The position numbers were made by a program, and so were the translations under genes. 64,000 nt of DNA from Eledone cirrhosa (taxonomy: Eukaryota), in assembly GCA_964016885.1 (NCBI GenBank), contig OZ024740.1, positions 45,756,001 through 45,820,000 of the forward strand, written 5' to 3'. How positions within the stretch are numbered: the first letter of the stretch is position 1; each line of letters opens with the position of its first letter. Below are positions 9,835-22,012 of the stretch, piece by piece. The notes beneath the pieces are model-generated. The model made no database searches and had not been told where the DNA came from. It saw only the letters and a list, made by a program, of their open reading frames with translations.

Positions 9835-11620
9835 AATTGAAGGGCATCCTGCGTATACTAGGGTAAGGAAGATCCATGTCAACTTATGTCGACGACGTCG
9901 CCGTAGAGGTGTTGAGCAACAAACACATCGAAGTAATTGGCACTTCTCTAAAGGCGTTTACAGAAGCAAACATTAACCAGGAAAAGTCGATGGGCCTACA
10001 GCTCAGCATCCAGAAAGACCCGTCTATACCATCCAATAATATTGTGGAGCATTGGACGGATAGACATGTCACCTTGCTCGGTGTCTCGTTTGGTGCAGAC
10101 CCTTAGGTAAACAAGATCTGGGATGAAGTGAAAGGCAGTAAAATGAACCTAGAGAAATCTATCCTGAGGTGGTGAATGCCTACGTGACATTCTATAATAA
10201 TCTGGCACACGGAAGAGCCGAACTCCCACCGTCAGCGCCTCCATCTCTCTCACCCTCCCCATCTCTCTGTATTATGAGTAGATGGGTTCCCACGTTCTGG
10301 CCGCCCCACGGCCCCACAGACAGAATGGAGAAGGCGTTTCCCCGGAGGATGGTAAGGGAGATGCGCTGGAAGAGCCATTCAATCTCGCGAGGCTCACACC
10401 TGTCGCTGGCCATCTCAGCGCCTATGGTGGTAAGTTCCTTCATCTATTACCAACTGACTATCGTGTCTTAACCCAGTTTATGTCTGACGGCACTGGAACG
10501 TCTGCTCTTTGGCTTTGTATGGAAGGGAAGAATTCCACTGGTCAGGCGATCCATTTGTTATCAACATCTACACAAAGAACTAGGCATGTTGTGGCTGATG
10601 ATGCACAGAGATGCCTTGAAGTTGCAATGTCTTCAGCGGTTCTTTGACGGTGAACAGGTGTGACCGCCGTTTGTCAGATGCATCATCTACAGCTTATCTC
10701 TTTGATAAAGTTGCAGCCCTGGCTCAAGTGAAGACTGAGAGGGGGCGCTTGGCAACTGGAATGTCGTCAAGCACTCACAGCCTGCTGTTTGTCGGGCAAT
10801 GCAGTCGCTGGAAATTGCACTTAGACGTTCTATAGAGTAGTAGTGGCGGGTAAAAGCGACAACGTTCTTGGGGGCCATTCTGGACGTTGATAACATTTAC
10901 TGGCTTGTCTTTTTTGGAGGATTTTCGATCCAGGCTTCAGGGACACTATCCAGATATTTCTGACCCGGCAATGCTACTCGGGTAGGGGCATTGCCGGTTC
11001 GAGATAACCTTAACAATCACCAAAGTACTGTTAGTAGCGAGTAGAGCGATGAAACCGTTCTGCACGTACTCATACAGTGTCTGAGCATTGCTGATTTGTG
11101 GAGTTATGTCGAACATCTACTGTCACACGGAGGACCGATCCGGCTCTCAACTAAAGTCGGGAAGCACAGTTAATTTTTATATATCAGGTGGCCATGTCAA
11201 AAGAGGTTGTTGGGTGGGTGAGACTGAAAGAGCTGAACATGGACATTTTTCTCGTTGGTCAAGCCCTCATAGATGTTTTCAAGTATCACTTTAAAAGGAA
11301 ATTGAAGGGAAGTGATACCTTCCAGCAAATTGGTTGAAAGGTCGATAAGAGTGGCAATCATGGTCCGAGGGAACGGGCCTTCGCTGAGCATACACCTGTA
11401 GATTAAAGGTATTCAAGGTGAGCGTGGTCTTTTGTAAGTTTTTCCACAAGTAGCTCTCGGAAGTTTCCCCACATTCGAAAATTTTCTTTGCTTCACTTTA
11501 TTGTTACTCATTTTTTTTCGTTATTTCTACTTATTACATTTTCATGTAAACCTACAATGTATCATTCTGCACCGCACTTGCTCTTTTTTGTAATCCCTTG
11601 TGGTTATTAAAGGAAAAATT
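9835..11620 (+). pseudogene. Decayed, 5'-truncated LINE related to the intact element (RT domain to 3' UTR)
   Basis: STYVDDVAV..NINQEKSMGLQL..HWTDRHVTLLGVSFGAD aligns with SAYADDVTV..LNRDKSIGLQL..RWTEGPVKLLGVWFGPD of ORF2. It carries many stops and frameshifts. It ends CCCTTGTGGTTATTAAAGGAAAAATTATT, like the 21-22 kb copies. Confidence 0.85.
10192..10440 (-). mobile_element. 3' end of a CRE-like retrotransposon nested inside the decayed LINE
   Basis: Translation ELTTIGAEMASDRCEPREIEWLFQRISLTILRGNAFSIL contains the QRxSxxIxRGNA C-terminal signature. The host LINE frame (VNAYVT | FIYYQLTIV) resumes on either side. Confidence 0.65.
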
Positions 11621-11869
11621 ATTTAATCGGTGAAGGGTGATGGATTGGCAGAATGGCTAAAGCGTCGAACTTTTCTATTAAGTTAAATGTTAATTATAAA
11701 AACCAATAATTATTTTCTAAACTTCCTTTGGGTTATAAAAACAATTTTGAGCTTCAACTAAAATAGCTTCTTCAAGAGAAATTCTACTTTTTCGAACTTG
11801 TTGGAAACATTGTTTGGAGTTAAGCTCTGTAATATTACATAAATAATAGTAATATATATAAACTCCAGA

Positions 11870-12215
11870 AGGACGGTGGAATGGCTGAATCGTTAAATCG
11901 TCTAACAAATACTTTACGCTACGAGTTCAAATCTCGGTGAGGCTAACGTTGCCTTTTCTCCTTCCAGGGGTCAATAAAATAATAAATACTACGGTCGATT
12001 TGTCCAGTTTTCCCTTCCCCAGTAAATTGAAGGCTTCGTACCATAATTGTCAGACACCATGGTTTTCAGTATAGAGTTATGGCCCTTTACATTCTGAGTT
12101 CAAAACCCGCTGAGTTTAACTTTGCTTTTTATCCTTATGGGATCGATAAAATAAAGCACCAGTAATGCATTGAGGTAATTTCTGGCCTTGTGCCAAAAGT
12201 ATAAACAATTATATA
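11870..12215 (+). mobile_element. Two adjacent degenerate SINE copies
   Basis: B-boxes GAGTTCAAAT at ~11923 and GAGTTCAAAA at ~12096, each followed by the shared central domain. Confidence 0.75.
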
Positions 12216-12311
12216 TAAATTCCACAAGAAATCATTCATGTTACGAAAAGGAAAAATATGCTAGAAGTGAATATAAAACTCTTTACACAAAAGTGACAGA
12301 AACAAAAAAAT

Positions 12312-12317
12312 TTTATT
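12312..12317 (-). terminator. Candidate polyadenylation signal of the reflectin gene
   Basis: AATAAA on the minus strand is followed by a U/GU-rich tract (TTTTTTTGTTTCTGTCACTTTTGTGT), ~510 nt after the stop codon. Another AATAAA lies at 12518-12523. Confidence 0.45.
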
Positions 12318-12824
12318 GCTTAGAAGTAGATGATACATAATTTAAAAGGCAATGATGTGTTACTTTTTTGAACAAATAAATAATAATTCGGCTGAAAAAA
12401 TCTTTTTTTCTAAACTTTTGGTCTTCTTTGTTGGCGGAGGAACGTTTCAATTAAATGGCGTTGTTTGTTTTTTGGCCACAGAATTTTTCATCCACTTTAA
12501 AAATATTTTGATGGTATTTTATTTTTCTATCCCTATATACCAATAAAATGATCTTTGTTAGAGCAGAAGTTTTTTCACTCCTATAACATCCAATATTTCA
12601 TTGCACTAAATACAAATACCAGAAGCTTATTATCGTAAATGTATCTTTCTATTTACCAATTAAGAACATATTCATCTTATTTGCGCCTAACAAACAAAAA
12701 ATAAATAAATAGTAATCTGAAACATAATCTAAACTTTTAGAATTATTGGCAATTGGTCAGAGAGGTGCCTAGCAAATGTATAATTCCAATTTAAAACCAT
12801 TTGTAGTTTTAAAAGCGATAATAC

Positions 12825-13832
12825 TTATTCATATGTTATACATTCATATTCTTGGGATGGCCATTTACCTCCGAATTCTACCTGATAGTTGGACATATCA
12901 TAGAATCTCTCGGAGTTGTAATATCTACCTCCCCAGTTATAGTTGTAGTATGGGTAGAAGTGTTGGTTCCTGCTAAAGTTGGAATGATAGTAGGATTGGC
13001 CACCCATATTCATCGATTGTCCATCAAAATCCATCTGGTTGTTGTACATGTCGAAATTCCTGTAGTTGTAGAATTGGTCACAATTGCGGCTATTCATGTC
13101 CATCGAATTATATTGCATGTCCATCATATCCATATATCTTCTCTGGCCCCAGTAGTTGTGTGGATAATATGACTGATGACCATAGTTGTAAGTACTGAAT
13201 GGATTGACATGGTAGCCCCATTTATCCATATAACAACCATTCATATCCATCTGGTAGCTGGACATATCCATGAATCTCTCAGGGTAGTAGTAATTCATGA
13301 ATGGATAATACATATGACGCCTATAGTAGTTGTTATAAGGGTTACATTGACGTCCATATCTGTCCATGTATCGGCCTTGCATGTCCATCTGGTAGTGGGA
13401 CATGTCCATGAATCTCTCGGGGAAGAACCAGTTACGACCATATTGGTAACCAGGGTAGTAGCCTTGTCTTGATGAGTTGAACATATGCCAGTAAGGGCTG
13501 GAGTTAGATCCTTGCATGTCCATCCATCTTCCATTCATGTCCATTTGATATCCGGACATATCCATAAACCTCTCTGGGAAGTCCATGAAATTACCATATC
13601 TATTGTACCTATCGTTATCATAGAAACCGTAATAGTTGTACATAGATCTACCATAGTATCTATCGTTGTCAGAATATCTGCCGTAGAATTCATAGTATCT
13701 AGGGTCCACCATTCTTCCGCAAGAATCCATGTATCTACCTTGGAAATCCATGGACATCATGTTCATTGGTTCCATGAATCCTCTGTATTTTCTGCCGAAT
13801 TGGTGACAGAATCTGTTCATTTGTCTGTTCAT
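12825..13832 (-). CDS. Reflectin (cephalopod structural-colour protein), 335 aa, single coding exon
   Basis: N-terminal reflectin motif MEPMNMMSMDFQGRYMDSCGRMVDP. Three canonical PERFMDMSxYQMDMxGxxMD repeats and three degenerate ones. Strongly Met/Tyr/Asn/Arg/Gly/Asp-rich. The start MNRQMNR follows a splice acceptor, so the 31 extra N-terminal residues in the ORF track are intron/UTR. Confidence 0.96.
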   Translation of the reverse strand: MNRQMNRFCHQFGRKYRGFMEPMNMMSMDFQGRYMDSCGRMVDPRYYEFYGRYSDNDRYYGRSMYNYYGFYDNDRYNRYGNFMDFPERFMDMSGYQMDMNGRWMDMQGSNSSPYWHMFNSSRQGYYPGYQYGRNWFFPERFMDMSHYQMDMQGRYMDRYGRQCNPYNNYYRRHMYYPFMNYYYPERFMDMSSYQMDMNGCYMDKWGYHVNPFSTYNYGHQSYYPHNYWGQRRYMDMMDMQYNSMDMNSRNCDQFYNYRNFDMYNNQMDFDGQSMNMGGQSYYHSNFSRNQHFYPYYNYNWGGRYYNSERFYDMSNYQVEFGGKWPSQEYECITYE

Positions 13833-13851
13833 TTTTAGGATATTTAATTGG

Positions 13852-13871
13852 CTGGAAAAGAAAAGAAAATG
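13852..13871 (-). other. 3' splice acceptor of a 5'-UTR intron of reflectin
   Basis: Minus strand reads CATTTTCTTTTCTTTTCCAG|CCAATTAAATATCCTAAAAATG: a polypyrimidine tract plus CAG, 19 nt before the ATG. Confidence 0.75.
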
Positions 13872-14714
13872 TTTGAATAGCTTCAGAAAAACACGAATTA
13901 ATGACTTATATATCAAGTCTATCAATCCTAAAGAGATACACTAACCACGCTAAGATATCAGAAAATAAAAAAAGAACTAAACTAAATAAATACTATTGTT
14001 ATATTTTGGAATGGTCATGTTTCCCAAATTGCCAATAAAAACATACGCATTATTCGATTTTCACTTCAGCTTTATTATTAGTTGTTCGTTAGTTCGTCAA
14101 GGTTCTTTCGTCACGCATTCTATGACCTCATCAATGACCATTTGTTTTCATCTGCACTTCCTCTTCTTACTACTTTTATTTGATCACGACATCTTGTCTT
14201 ACTGGCAACATAACCATCTCCAAGTATAGCAATATAGGTTTCAACACACGACGTCACATCAAGAATATTGTAAAACAAATACATAAATATGAAAATAAAT
14301 TCTCTTCGTCTCCCAATCAATTATTTACAAGGTTTAACTGAAGTGTAGTCATTATAAATAATCGCTAGAGCATCGAAAAAATGCTTTGTGATATTTGTTC
14401 CAGCTCTTAACGTTTTGAATTCAAATGATGCCGATGTCAACTTTGTCTTTCATTCTTTAGAGTATAACCAATTTTCTTCTCTCCCCAAATTTCAGTCCCT
14501 GTACCTAAATTAGAAACCAGCTTTGCCTTTCACCCTTCCGGTTTCGATAAGTACCAATCTAATACGGGAGGGGGGGGGGTGAAATTACCTGTTCCCTTTC
14601 TCGCAAACGTTAGTCTTCCGCCTAAATTAGAAACCATCAACATCTGGATGATATTTCAGGAATTTTTTTCATTTAATGATAAATGATAATTATGATCTGT
14701 AACTATGTAAATTG

Positions 14715-14985
14715 TGGGAAGGCTTAGTGGTTAGGCTGTCGAGATTACGATCATAAAATCACGTGGTCGATTCCCAGGGCGGATGGTGTGCTGAGCCCTG
14801 GAGCAAGACACTTCATTTTACGTTGTTCCAGTTCACTCAACTGAAAATGAGTTCCAGTGGCGGAGGCTGGAGTTAACCACGTGAATGACTGGCGTTCGGT
14901 TCAGGGATCAGGTCTTGTATTTTCGATCGTTTAATGCCAATCAAACTAGGATAAGCTCCAGCCTGTACAAAAATGGAAAAACGGA
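14715..14985 (+). mobile_element. Second tRNA-derived SINE family (CORE-like centre), degenerate
   Basis: A-box-like GGCTTAGTGGTTAG and B-box-like GGTCGATTCCC, followed by CCCTGGAGCAAGACACTTCATTTTACGTTG. Confidence 0.6.
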
Positions 14986-15049
14986 CGTAAATGAAGATAA
15001 CAACTCACAATTAACTAAATTACTAAATTGTCTGACTTTAATTAGAAGC

Positions 15050-15550
15050 CATGAGGGCAGTAAATTGGCAGTATTGGTAGAGCGTCGGACATGCTTTGCG
15101 GCATATAGTTACGTCCCTTTACATTCTGCATTCAAATCCCGCCGAGTTTAGCTTTACCTTTCATCTATACAGGATCAATAAAATAAAGTACCAGTAACGT
15201 ACTAGGGTCGATTTAAACGACTTTCTTCTTCTCTTCAAATTGCTGACCATGTGCCAAAAGTAGTAACAATTAATTAGAAGCCATTTTTGTTGATATTTAC
15301 TAGTCGGAATTCATCTGTTTGATCAAATGATCTTCACAATAGCCTATAACATGTACTTATTTTACATATTGCAGTATCGGTAGAGCGTCTGACACCCTGC
15401 TTTGCAGCATAGAGTTATGGCTCTTTACGTTCTGAGTTCAAACCCTGCCGAGGTTAACTTTGCCTTTCATCCTTGCGGCGTCAATAAAATAAAGCACCAG
15501 TAATGCACTGGGGTAATTGCTGGCCTTGTGTCAAAAAGTAGAAACAATTA
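15050..15550 (+). mobile_element. Two SINE copies (~15050-15275 and ~15368-15550)
   Basis: Same head, B-box and central domain as the 8620 copy. Confidence 0.8.
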
Positions 15551-16619
15551 CTGCATATACTTAGCTTACGTATAACATTCTTTTAAAATTCAAATTTGCT
15601 CAGTACTTAGTAAAACGGGACTGTCCACTTGAATTATATATTACTAGATTGTGAGCTGGCATTCAGAATGATCAGCTGAAATACTTGCTTAAGGACTTCC
15701 CAAAACTATCACTTTTTTTCGCGAGCTCCAGCATAGCCGAAACAGGTATTTTAACATTCTGCCAACCCCCTGCTCTTGACTGGTACTTCATTTATAGCTT
15801 CGGATATATAAAATAGCAAAATTTACGTAAGTGAATTTCGAACTCAGAAAGCAGGAACAAATACCAAAATGTAGTATATCAAATGCTTTAACCACTCGAC
15901 CAATTCGACGATATATTAAAACGCAATCTCTCTTAATATATTAAGGTTTCTATTAACTACATTCGTATTTTTTTCTAGTTTTCACTTAACTTTTCATGGT
16001 ACAGAAGTTACGGGGTGCCAGCAAGTGTCTTTTTAAATGGCTGCTTGACCTGTTAGAAATAGTAGTCAAATTCCACTAAATTACAGTCTACTCTCTTAAA
16101 AAAGGAAAACACGTTGGATAATGAGGGCCTTGAAATACAAAGAGACAGGAAAGTCATGACAGTAAATAGTTTGATCAAAGGTCTGTTCAATCATATCTAA
16201 CATGAAGCCAAACAAAAACCATGCTAAGTTACGAGACTAATATATAACCATCTGAACAAACTGGATATAGCTTTACAACACCCCGAATAATGAATCAATA
16301 AGCAAGAGACGAAAGGGATTCAAAATGAATTATGGAAATAACAACGTTGTTTCTACTCATCAAAACACCTTCTGTACATTCAAAACACATAAATAAGACC
16401 ACCAGCTTTTATAAATATTTTTGCTTGCGTACATAAAGACATAATAGTAACAATTATGTTCAAGATATATCTTTATTTACAGATGTTGGTCTGTTGTCCG
16501 TAAAGAACTTAGACCGATTTTTACATGAGATACATGGGCAAATCTAAATTTGGAGGCAAAAATAGGGTATCAACTTTTACATTAGATCGACTTTTAGAAA
16601 AGTGTATCCAACTATATTG

Positions 16620-16832
16620 ATTTCTAATATAAACAGAAGCCCAGCAATTTTTAGGTGGTGGGGGTTGATTAAATCGACACCAGTACTTTACTGGTACTTT
16701 AATGTATCGACTCCTGGAAGGATGAAAGGTAAAGTTGATCGCAGCGTGATTTGAACTTAGAACGTAAAGGGTCGCAACAAACACCGCAAAGCATTTTGTT
16801 CAATGATCTAACGATGTTTGCCAATCCAACAC
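16620..16832 (-). mobile_element. SINE copy
   Basis: Reverse complement of the same family (CTGGTACTTT..ATCGAC..GGATGAAAGG..ATTTGAACT). Confidence 0.75.
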
Positions 16833-17494
16833 CATATGGTGTATCCAACAATATTAAAGCCTTCTATTCTCACCCAGTGTTAAAGGTTACACAATCATGA
16901 GATACTATCTGTAATTTAGTGATCGATAAAATAAATACCAAACTTGAAAAAGAAGGTACTGGGTACTTTGATTGACTAAATAGGTACTATGCTTGACTAA
17001 ATCTCTTCATTGAACCGTTCTTGTACAGTTTACCCCTACTTGTGCAGCTGAGTTCGGTTTGTGCAGTTCTAAATCTAATTTTGTGCAGTAAGTTTGCATT
17101 TTAATATAAAAGATTATATTTACTTACACGAGTGCCATACACGTGTTCTTAACATGGTAAATGGTGGTTAAGAGACTTCAAAAGACTTAAAACACATAAA
17201 ATGTTAAAAATAGACATTACATTAGAAATGCTTCTCATGATCAGAGAATATCAATCAGTGGGTCATGGCACCTACCGCAAAGATTTGTGCAGTTCTAAAA
17301 TGTCCAGAAAATAAACCCTGTTCTTATTAGATTACATATGTCTAGTGATCTAAACGAAACAAATGTTGATAAATATTATAGTAACAACTGACAAAGCTGA
17401 TATATTATGTAGTCAAGTTAGTTCTATCATACTTAAAGTAACAACGAGGTTATGTGTGGGAGTGCAATTGTAATTGCTTAATTGCTTCTACATT

Positions 17495-17700
17495 CCGCAC
17501 AAGACCAGCAATTTTTAAGGGAAAGGGAAAGTCGATTAAATCGTCCCCAGTGCATTACTGGTGATTTATTTTATCGACCCCGTAATCACAAAAGACAAAG
17601 CTAACCACGACAAGATTTGAACTCAGAACGTAAATATCCGCAACTCATGCCACAAAGCATGTTGTCCGACGCTCTACCGATTTTGCCAATCCACCACCTT
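17495..17700 (-). mobile_element. SINE copy
   Basis: Reverse-complement B-box GATTTGAACTC and head CTCTACCGATTTTGCCAATCCACC. Confidence 0.8.
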
Positions 17701-18295
17701 GTAATTAATTGATAGCACTCATTCGGCAATGACAAGTAAACATCAACTCAATGACTAATATTAATTTTAAACTGATCGTGGTAAGGACGAACAACAACTC
17801 CGGACATGTTTAAATCTTATTGATCCTTAACAGCTAAACGATGCTTTCTTCGTATTTCTAGATGAATGATAGGAAAATAAGTATATTGATCATAGGGTTG
17901 TATATGAAAGAATATACGATATGTTTATGTATAACAAACATACGAGTCTCGTATGTTTATTATACACAAACATAAATAAAGTACCAGTAATACACTGGGT
18001 AATTGCTGGCCTTGTGCCAAAAGTAGAAACAATTATACACAAACATATGGTATATGTTTTTAAAATCATCCCTATGATAAACTCTGCTATGTTAGTGACA
18101 CTTCTAATTAACTATATTGATGTACAATATTGTACATAAGTGAGTCGATATCAAAGATTATTATACAGGCTTACAGATGCTTGAATCATTAGTTTATATT
18201 AAGATAATCATGCTGTGTATTTAGTATCCATGACATATTCTTAACAAAATAAATAACTAAATAATTAAATAATTTAATAAATAAATAAATAGATC

Positions 18296-18335
<40 letters not shown>

Positions 18336-18655
18336 CATAAAGAAATTTAGTGTTAAACATTCTAGTTCCTTAAATTGTTAAAGTCAATAGCACGTGCCCA
18401 GAGAAAATGATTATGCAGGCTTGTTTGGATCACAAGTTTATATCGAGTTAAATAGAAAAGTAATTTAAGTAAATCTTGTTTTAAATATATGCCACTACAT
18501 TAGCTTGTTAAATCCCTCCCATGAGACTGGAGTTAGCTAAAAGAAACGTTTCCATTTTAAGTTTCCTTTGAAAATGAAATCGTCAGCGGGTCCTTAACGA
18601 AGCAATTAATTACAAGCCAAGCTCATAAGCAACAAACCAAAGAAAGGTTATTTAC

Positions 18656-18707
18656 CTTCTATGAAGACAGGTAGAATAGGTATATTCAGCAGTTGGTTGT
18701 AAAGTGT
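18656..18707 (-). other. Putative non-coding first exon of reflectin (~52 nt)
   Basis: It starts at an Inr-like TCACAC 32 nt downstream of TATAAAT and ends at the donor AAG|GTAAAT. It lies in non-repetitive sequence on the same strand as the CDS. The link to reflectin is inferred. Confidence 0.5.
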
Positions 18708-18740
18708 GACAATCGGTTGTATTTTCGGGGATATTTATAC
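18705..18740 (-). promoter_or_regulatory. Putative TATA + Inr core promoter
   Basis: TATAAAT at 18739-18733 and TCA(+1)CAC with the A at 18707, which is canonical spacing. Confidence 0.5.
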
Positions 18741-19709
18741 AAAGTACCGTGGAGGTGTGGCCATTTCAGTAATCTATGTACCATTAAGTTCAATGATTCC
18801 TAAAACAACCCGAGAGATTGATAAAAGAATAGATAAATAAACAAATCATTGAATATCATTAAAAAGGAATTTGATTTAATTAACGATAACTTTGGACTTT
18901 TTTAAAGTAATTTAATATAGAGTAGAGTTTGAAACGGGGCAGCGTGTGTATGTACTTTAGGCTAATTTTAGAATAATTAGTAAACCTAATTGAATTAACA
19001 ATCATGTATTTGTAAAATGTAGTAGCGGCACATGAAAACAAATTTAGCTTTATTTTCAGAAAGTAATTAAAATAGTAACCAAATAATGATAATATATTTC
19101 CATCCTGGAGAACCTCTAAGATTGGAGGAGTAAACGTTTAAATATGTTATTACATGTAATAGTTTCTTGTTCAATAAGATTTTGAAATAGTTTACTGTAG
19201 GTTTTTTCTAACAGTTTTAATTTACACAAACCGGCGAACTGGAAGAGTCGTCAGAAGCGTCGGCTTAAAATGCCTCGGTATTTGTTCCGGCTTACTGCAC
19301 TCTGAGTTCAAATCCCAGCACGTAAACATTAGCTTTCATCCTTTCGAAGTCGATAAATAGAGTATCAGTACACCACTTTTGGTTTTGATCATGTCTTCAG
19401 GGGTGTAGCCGTACTCACTTCCCTTGGCCAATTGCGGGTTGATGAGGCTATTTGACCTTTGAAAAAATCCTATATACAAAAATCCTATATACAAGCGTCT
19501 CTCTGCAATTTGGAGAAGTTCAGATACCGTGGAGCAAGCTAGGGAGAGAACTCATATAAACTTTCTCTCTCTCTCGCTCTCCCTCCCCGTCTCTCTCTCT
19601 CCGTCTCCCCCACTCTCTCTCCCTTTGCGTCTATATATATATATATATATATATTTCTAGTCTCATTGATATATTAAGAAAATCAATATTTCTATTTTCT
19701 CTGAAGAAA

Positions 19710-19890
19710 TAATTGTTTCTACTTTTGGCGCAAGGTCAGCAATTAGCCCAGTGTATTACTGGTACTTTATTTTATCGACCCCGTAAGGATGAAAGGCAAA
19801 GTTAACCTCGGCGGGATTTGAACTCAGAATGGCAAGTGCCGTAACTCTATGCGTCAAAGCATGGTGTCCGCTCCTCTACCGATACTGCCA
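19710..19890 (-). mobile_element. SINE copy (young)
   Basis: Close match to the reverse complement of the 22057 and 8620 copies. Confidence 0.85.
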
Positions 19891-20333
19891 GTGCTTCGGT
19901 GCCACCTGAATTATTGATCTTTTGACTGATTAATTCATGAATTCCATGTGCCGGCACCGATCTTATTTTCTTTGAAACATTTGTAGAGATTAAAGGTGAA
20001 ATTTGAATAACAACCTTGGTTTCTCGTTTTATATTAACTATTGATTCTCTACAGGTTACACTGGCTTCATCTATTAGTACCTTAACCCTTTGGGGTTACC
20101 TTTCAATTGAATTCCTGCATACTGTCGACATTATTAACGCATTGAGCTTATTGAACCTTACCAAAATAAGGGTGGATTATTCCACTCTCATTATATCTAT
20201 CTATCAATGTTCACATGCCAACACAAGAGCAAGAATCAAGGGTTCATTCTACTGACATGGCTATAACATTGAGGCTTGTTTAAATAATTGCAAACGAATC
20301 GAATCTAATTATTAATATTCGAAAAATTCAGAT

Positions 20334-20335
<2 letters not shown>

Positions 20336-20409
<74 letters not shown>

Positions 20410-20522
20410 GAAGGAAATGTGGTAAGGAACCAGGTGGACCATAACGCACCAAAGTACTCAATACTGTACAGAATTAGCCGTCGAAACGGCTTGAGCTCAG
20501 CCGTCGGGGTCTTACTTGTTCC

Positions 20523-20559
<37 letters not shown>

Positions 20560-20655
20560 ATATATATATGATATATATGTATATATATATATATATATAT
20601 ATAAATGAAGTAATTCAGTCGGAGAGGTCCAGGAAAAAAGAGTGCTCTATGTAGG

Positions 20656-20720
<65 letters not shown>

Positions 20721-20750
20721 GAGAGAGAGAGAATGATAGATTGATAGATA
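20336..20750. repeat. Microsatellite cluster: (TA)n, (TG)n, (GA)n, (GATA)n
   Basis: Directly visible in the sequence. Confidence 0.95.
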
Positions 20751-20987
20751 GATCTGTTTAGACTCTAAGGATTGTGATTTATAATTCTAATTTAAGTTAA
20801 ATTGCTTACTAACCCTTTTCTTATGCCCTGTTTTATGTCCACGCAGGATATCAAATGTATTGTCTCTATAATATTATCTTTATGAGTGAGTTCTGAATAA
20901 ATGGTTCTTTTCGTTACAATTTTCCATGTCGAGCAATATGGTCTATATTATTGGGTAGTATTGACCTAAATTATTATTGTATATATA

Positions 20988-21077
<90 letters not shown>

Positions 21078-21078
<1 letters not shown>

Positions 21079-22012
21079 GGGGAATTTTTTTTCATTGTTC
21101 TATTATTACATCCTCTGTTTCTTGTTTTTTACACGCAGAAATGCCCATTTGTACCGTCCTGTATTGTCTTGTACTGTCCTTAATGTCTACTTTATGTAAA
21201 CCCTTGTGGTTAATAAAGAAAACATTATTATTATTATTATTATTATTTTTCATTTGAAAAGGAAAATCAGGGTAGAGAGGGAAGTGCTCTCTTCCCAGCA
21301 TTTTGTTGAAAGATGGGTGAGAGAAGCAAGTATGGCCCGAATGAATGGGCCTTCTCTGAGTATGTGTCTGTAAATTAAAGGTGGAAAACTGGGAGAGGGC
21401 ACTTGCCCTGGTGGTCAGGGCCACTGTGGTCTTTTAATGGGCTTTCTCCACAAATGTCCCTCGGAAGTCTCCCCCCTATTGGGGAATTTTTCTTTGTTAT
21501 TTTATTTCAACCTCTGTTTTTTTTTACACGCAGAAATGCCCATTTGTACCGTCCTGTATTGTCCTGTACTGTCCTTAATGTCTACTTTATGTAAACCCTT
21601 GTGGTTAATAAAGAAAACATTATTATTATTATTATTATTATTTTTCATTTGAAAAGGAAAATCAGGGTAGAGAGGGAAGTGCTCTCTTCCCAGCATTTTG
21701 TTGAAAGATGGGTGAGAGAAGCAAGTATGGCCCGAATGAATGGGCCTTCTCTGAGTATGTGTCTGTAAATTAAAGGTGGAAAACTGGGAGAGGGCATTTG
21801 CCCTGGTGGTCAGGGCCACTGTGGTCTTTTAATGGGCTTTCTCCACAAATGTCCCTCGGAAGTCTCCCCCCTATTGGGGAATTTTTCTTTGTTATTTTAT
21901 TTCAACCTCTGTTTTTTTTTACACGCAGAAATGCCCATTTGTACCGTCCTGTATTGTCCTGTACTGTCCTTAATGTCTACTTTATGTAAACCCTTGTGGT
22001 TAATAAAGAAAA

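Noticed and set aside
12825-13832. Evidence for a transposon or bacterial origin of reflectin at this locus
   Set aside because: There are no TIRs, TSD or transposase similarity around the CDS, and the neighbouring elements are ordinary eukaryotic repeats.
12852-13838. Plus-strand His/Val/Ile-rich ORFs overlapping reflectin
   Set aside because: These are antisense shadows of ATG/GAC/TAC-rich codons in a gene with few TTA/CTA/TCA codons.
13833-13925. 31-aa N-terminal extension of reflectin resembling a signal peptide
   Set aside because: It starts at a non-ATG codon and spans a polypyrimidine tract and splice acceptor; reflectins typically start MNR.
17025-17320. Possible MITE with TTTGTGCAGT subterminal repeats ending AAAATAAACCCTG
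   Set aside because: Only one plausible terminus is present and there is no target duplication.
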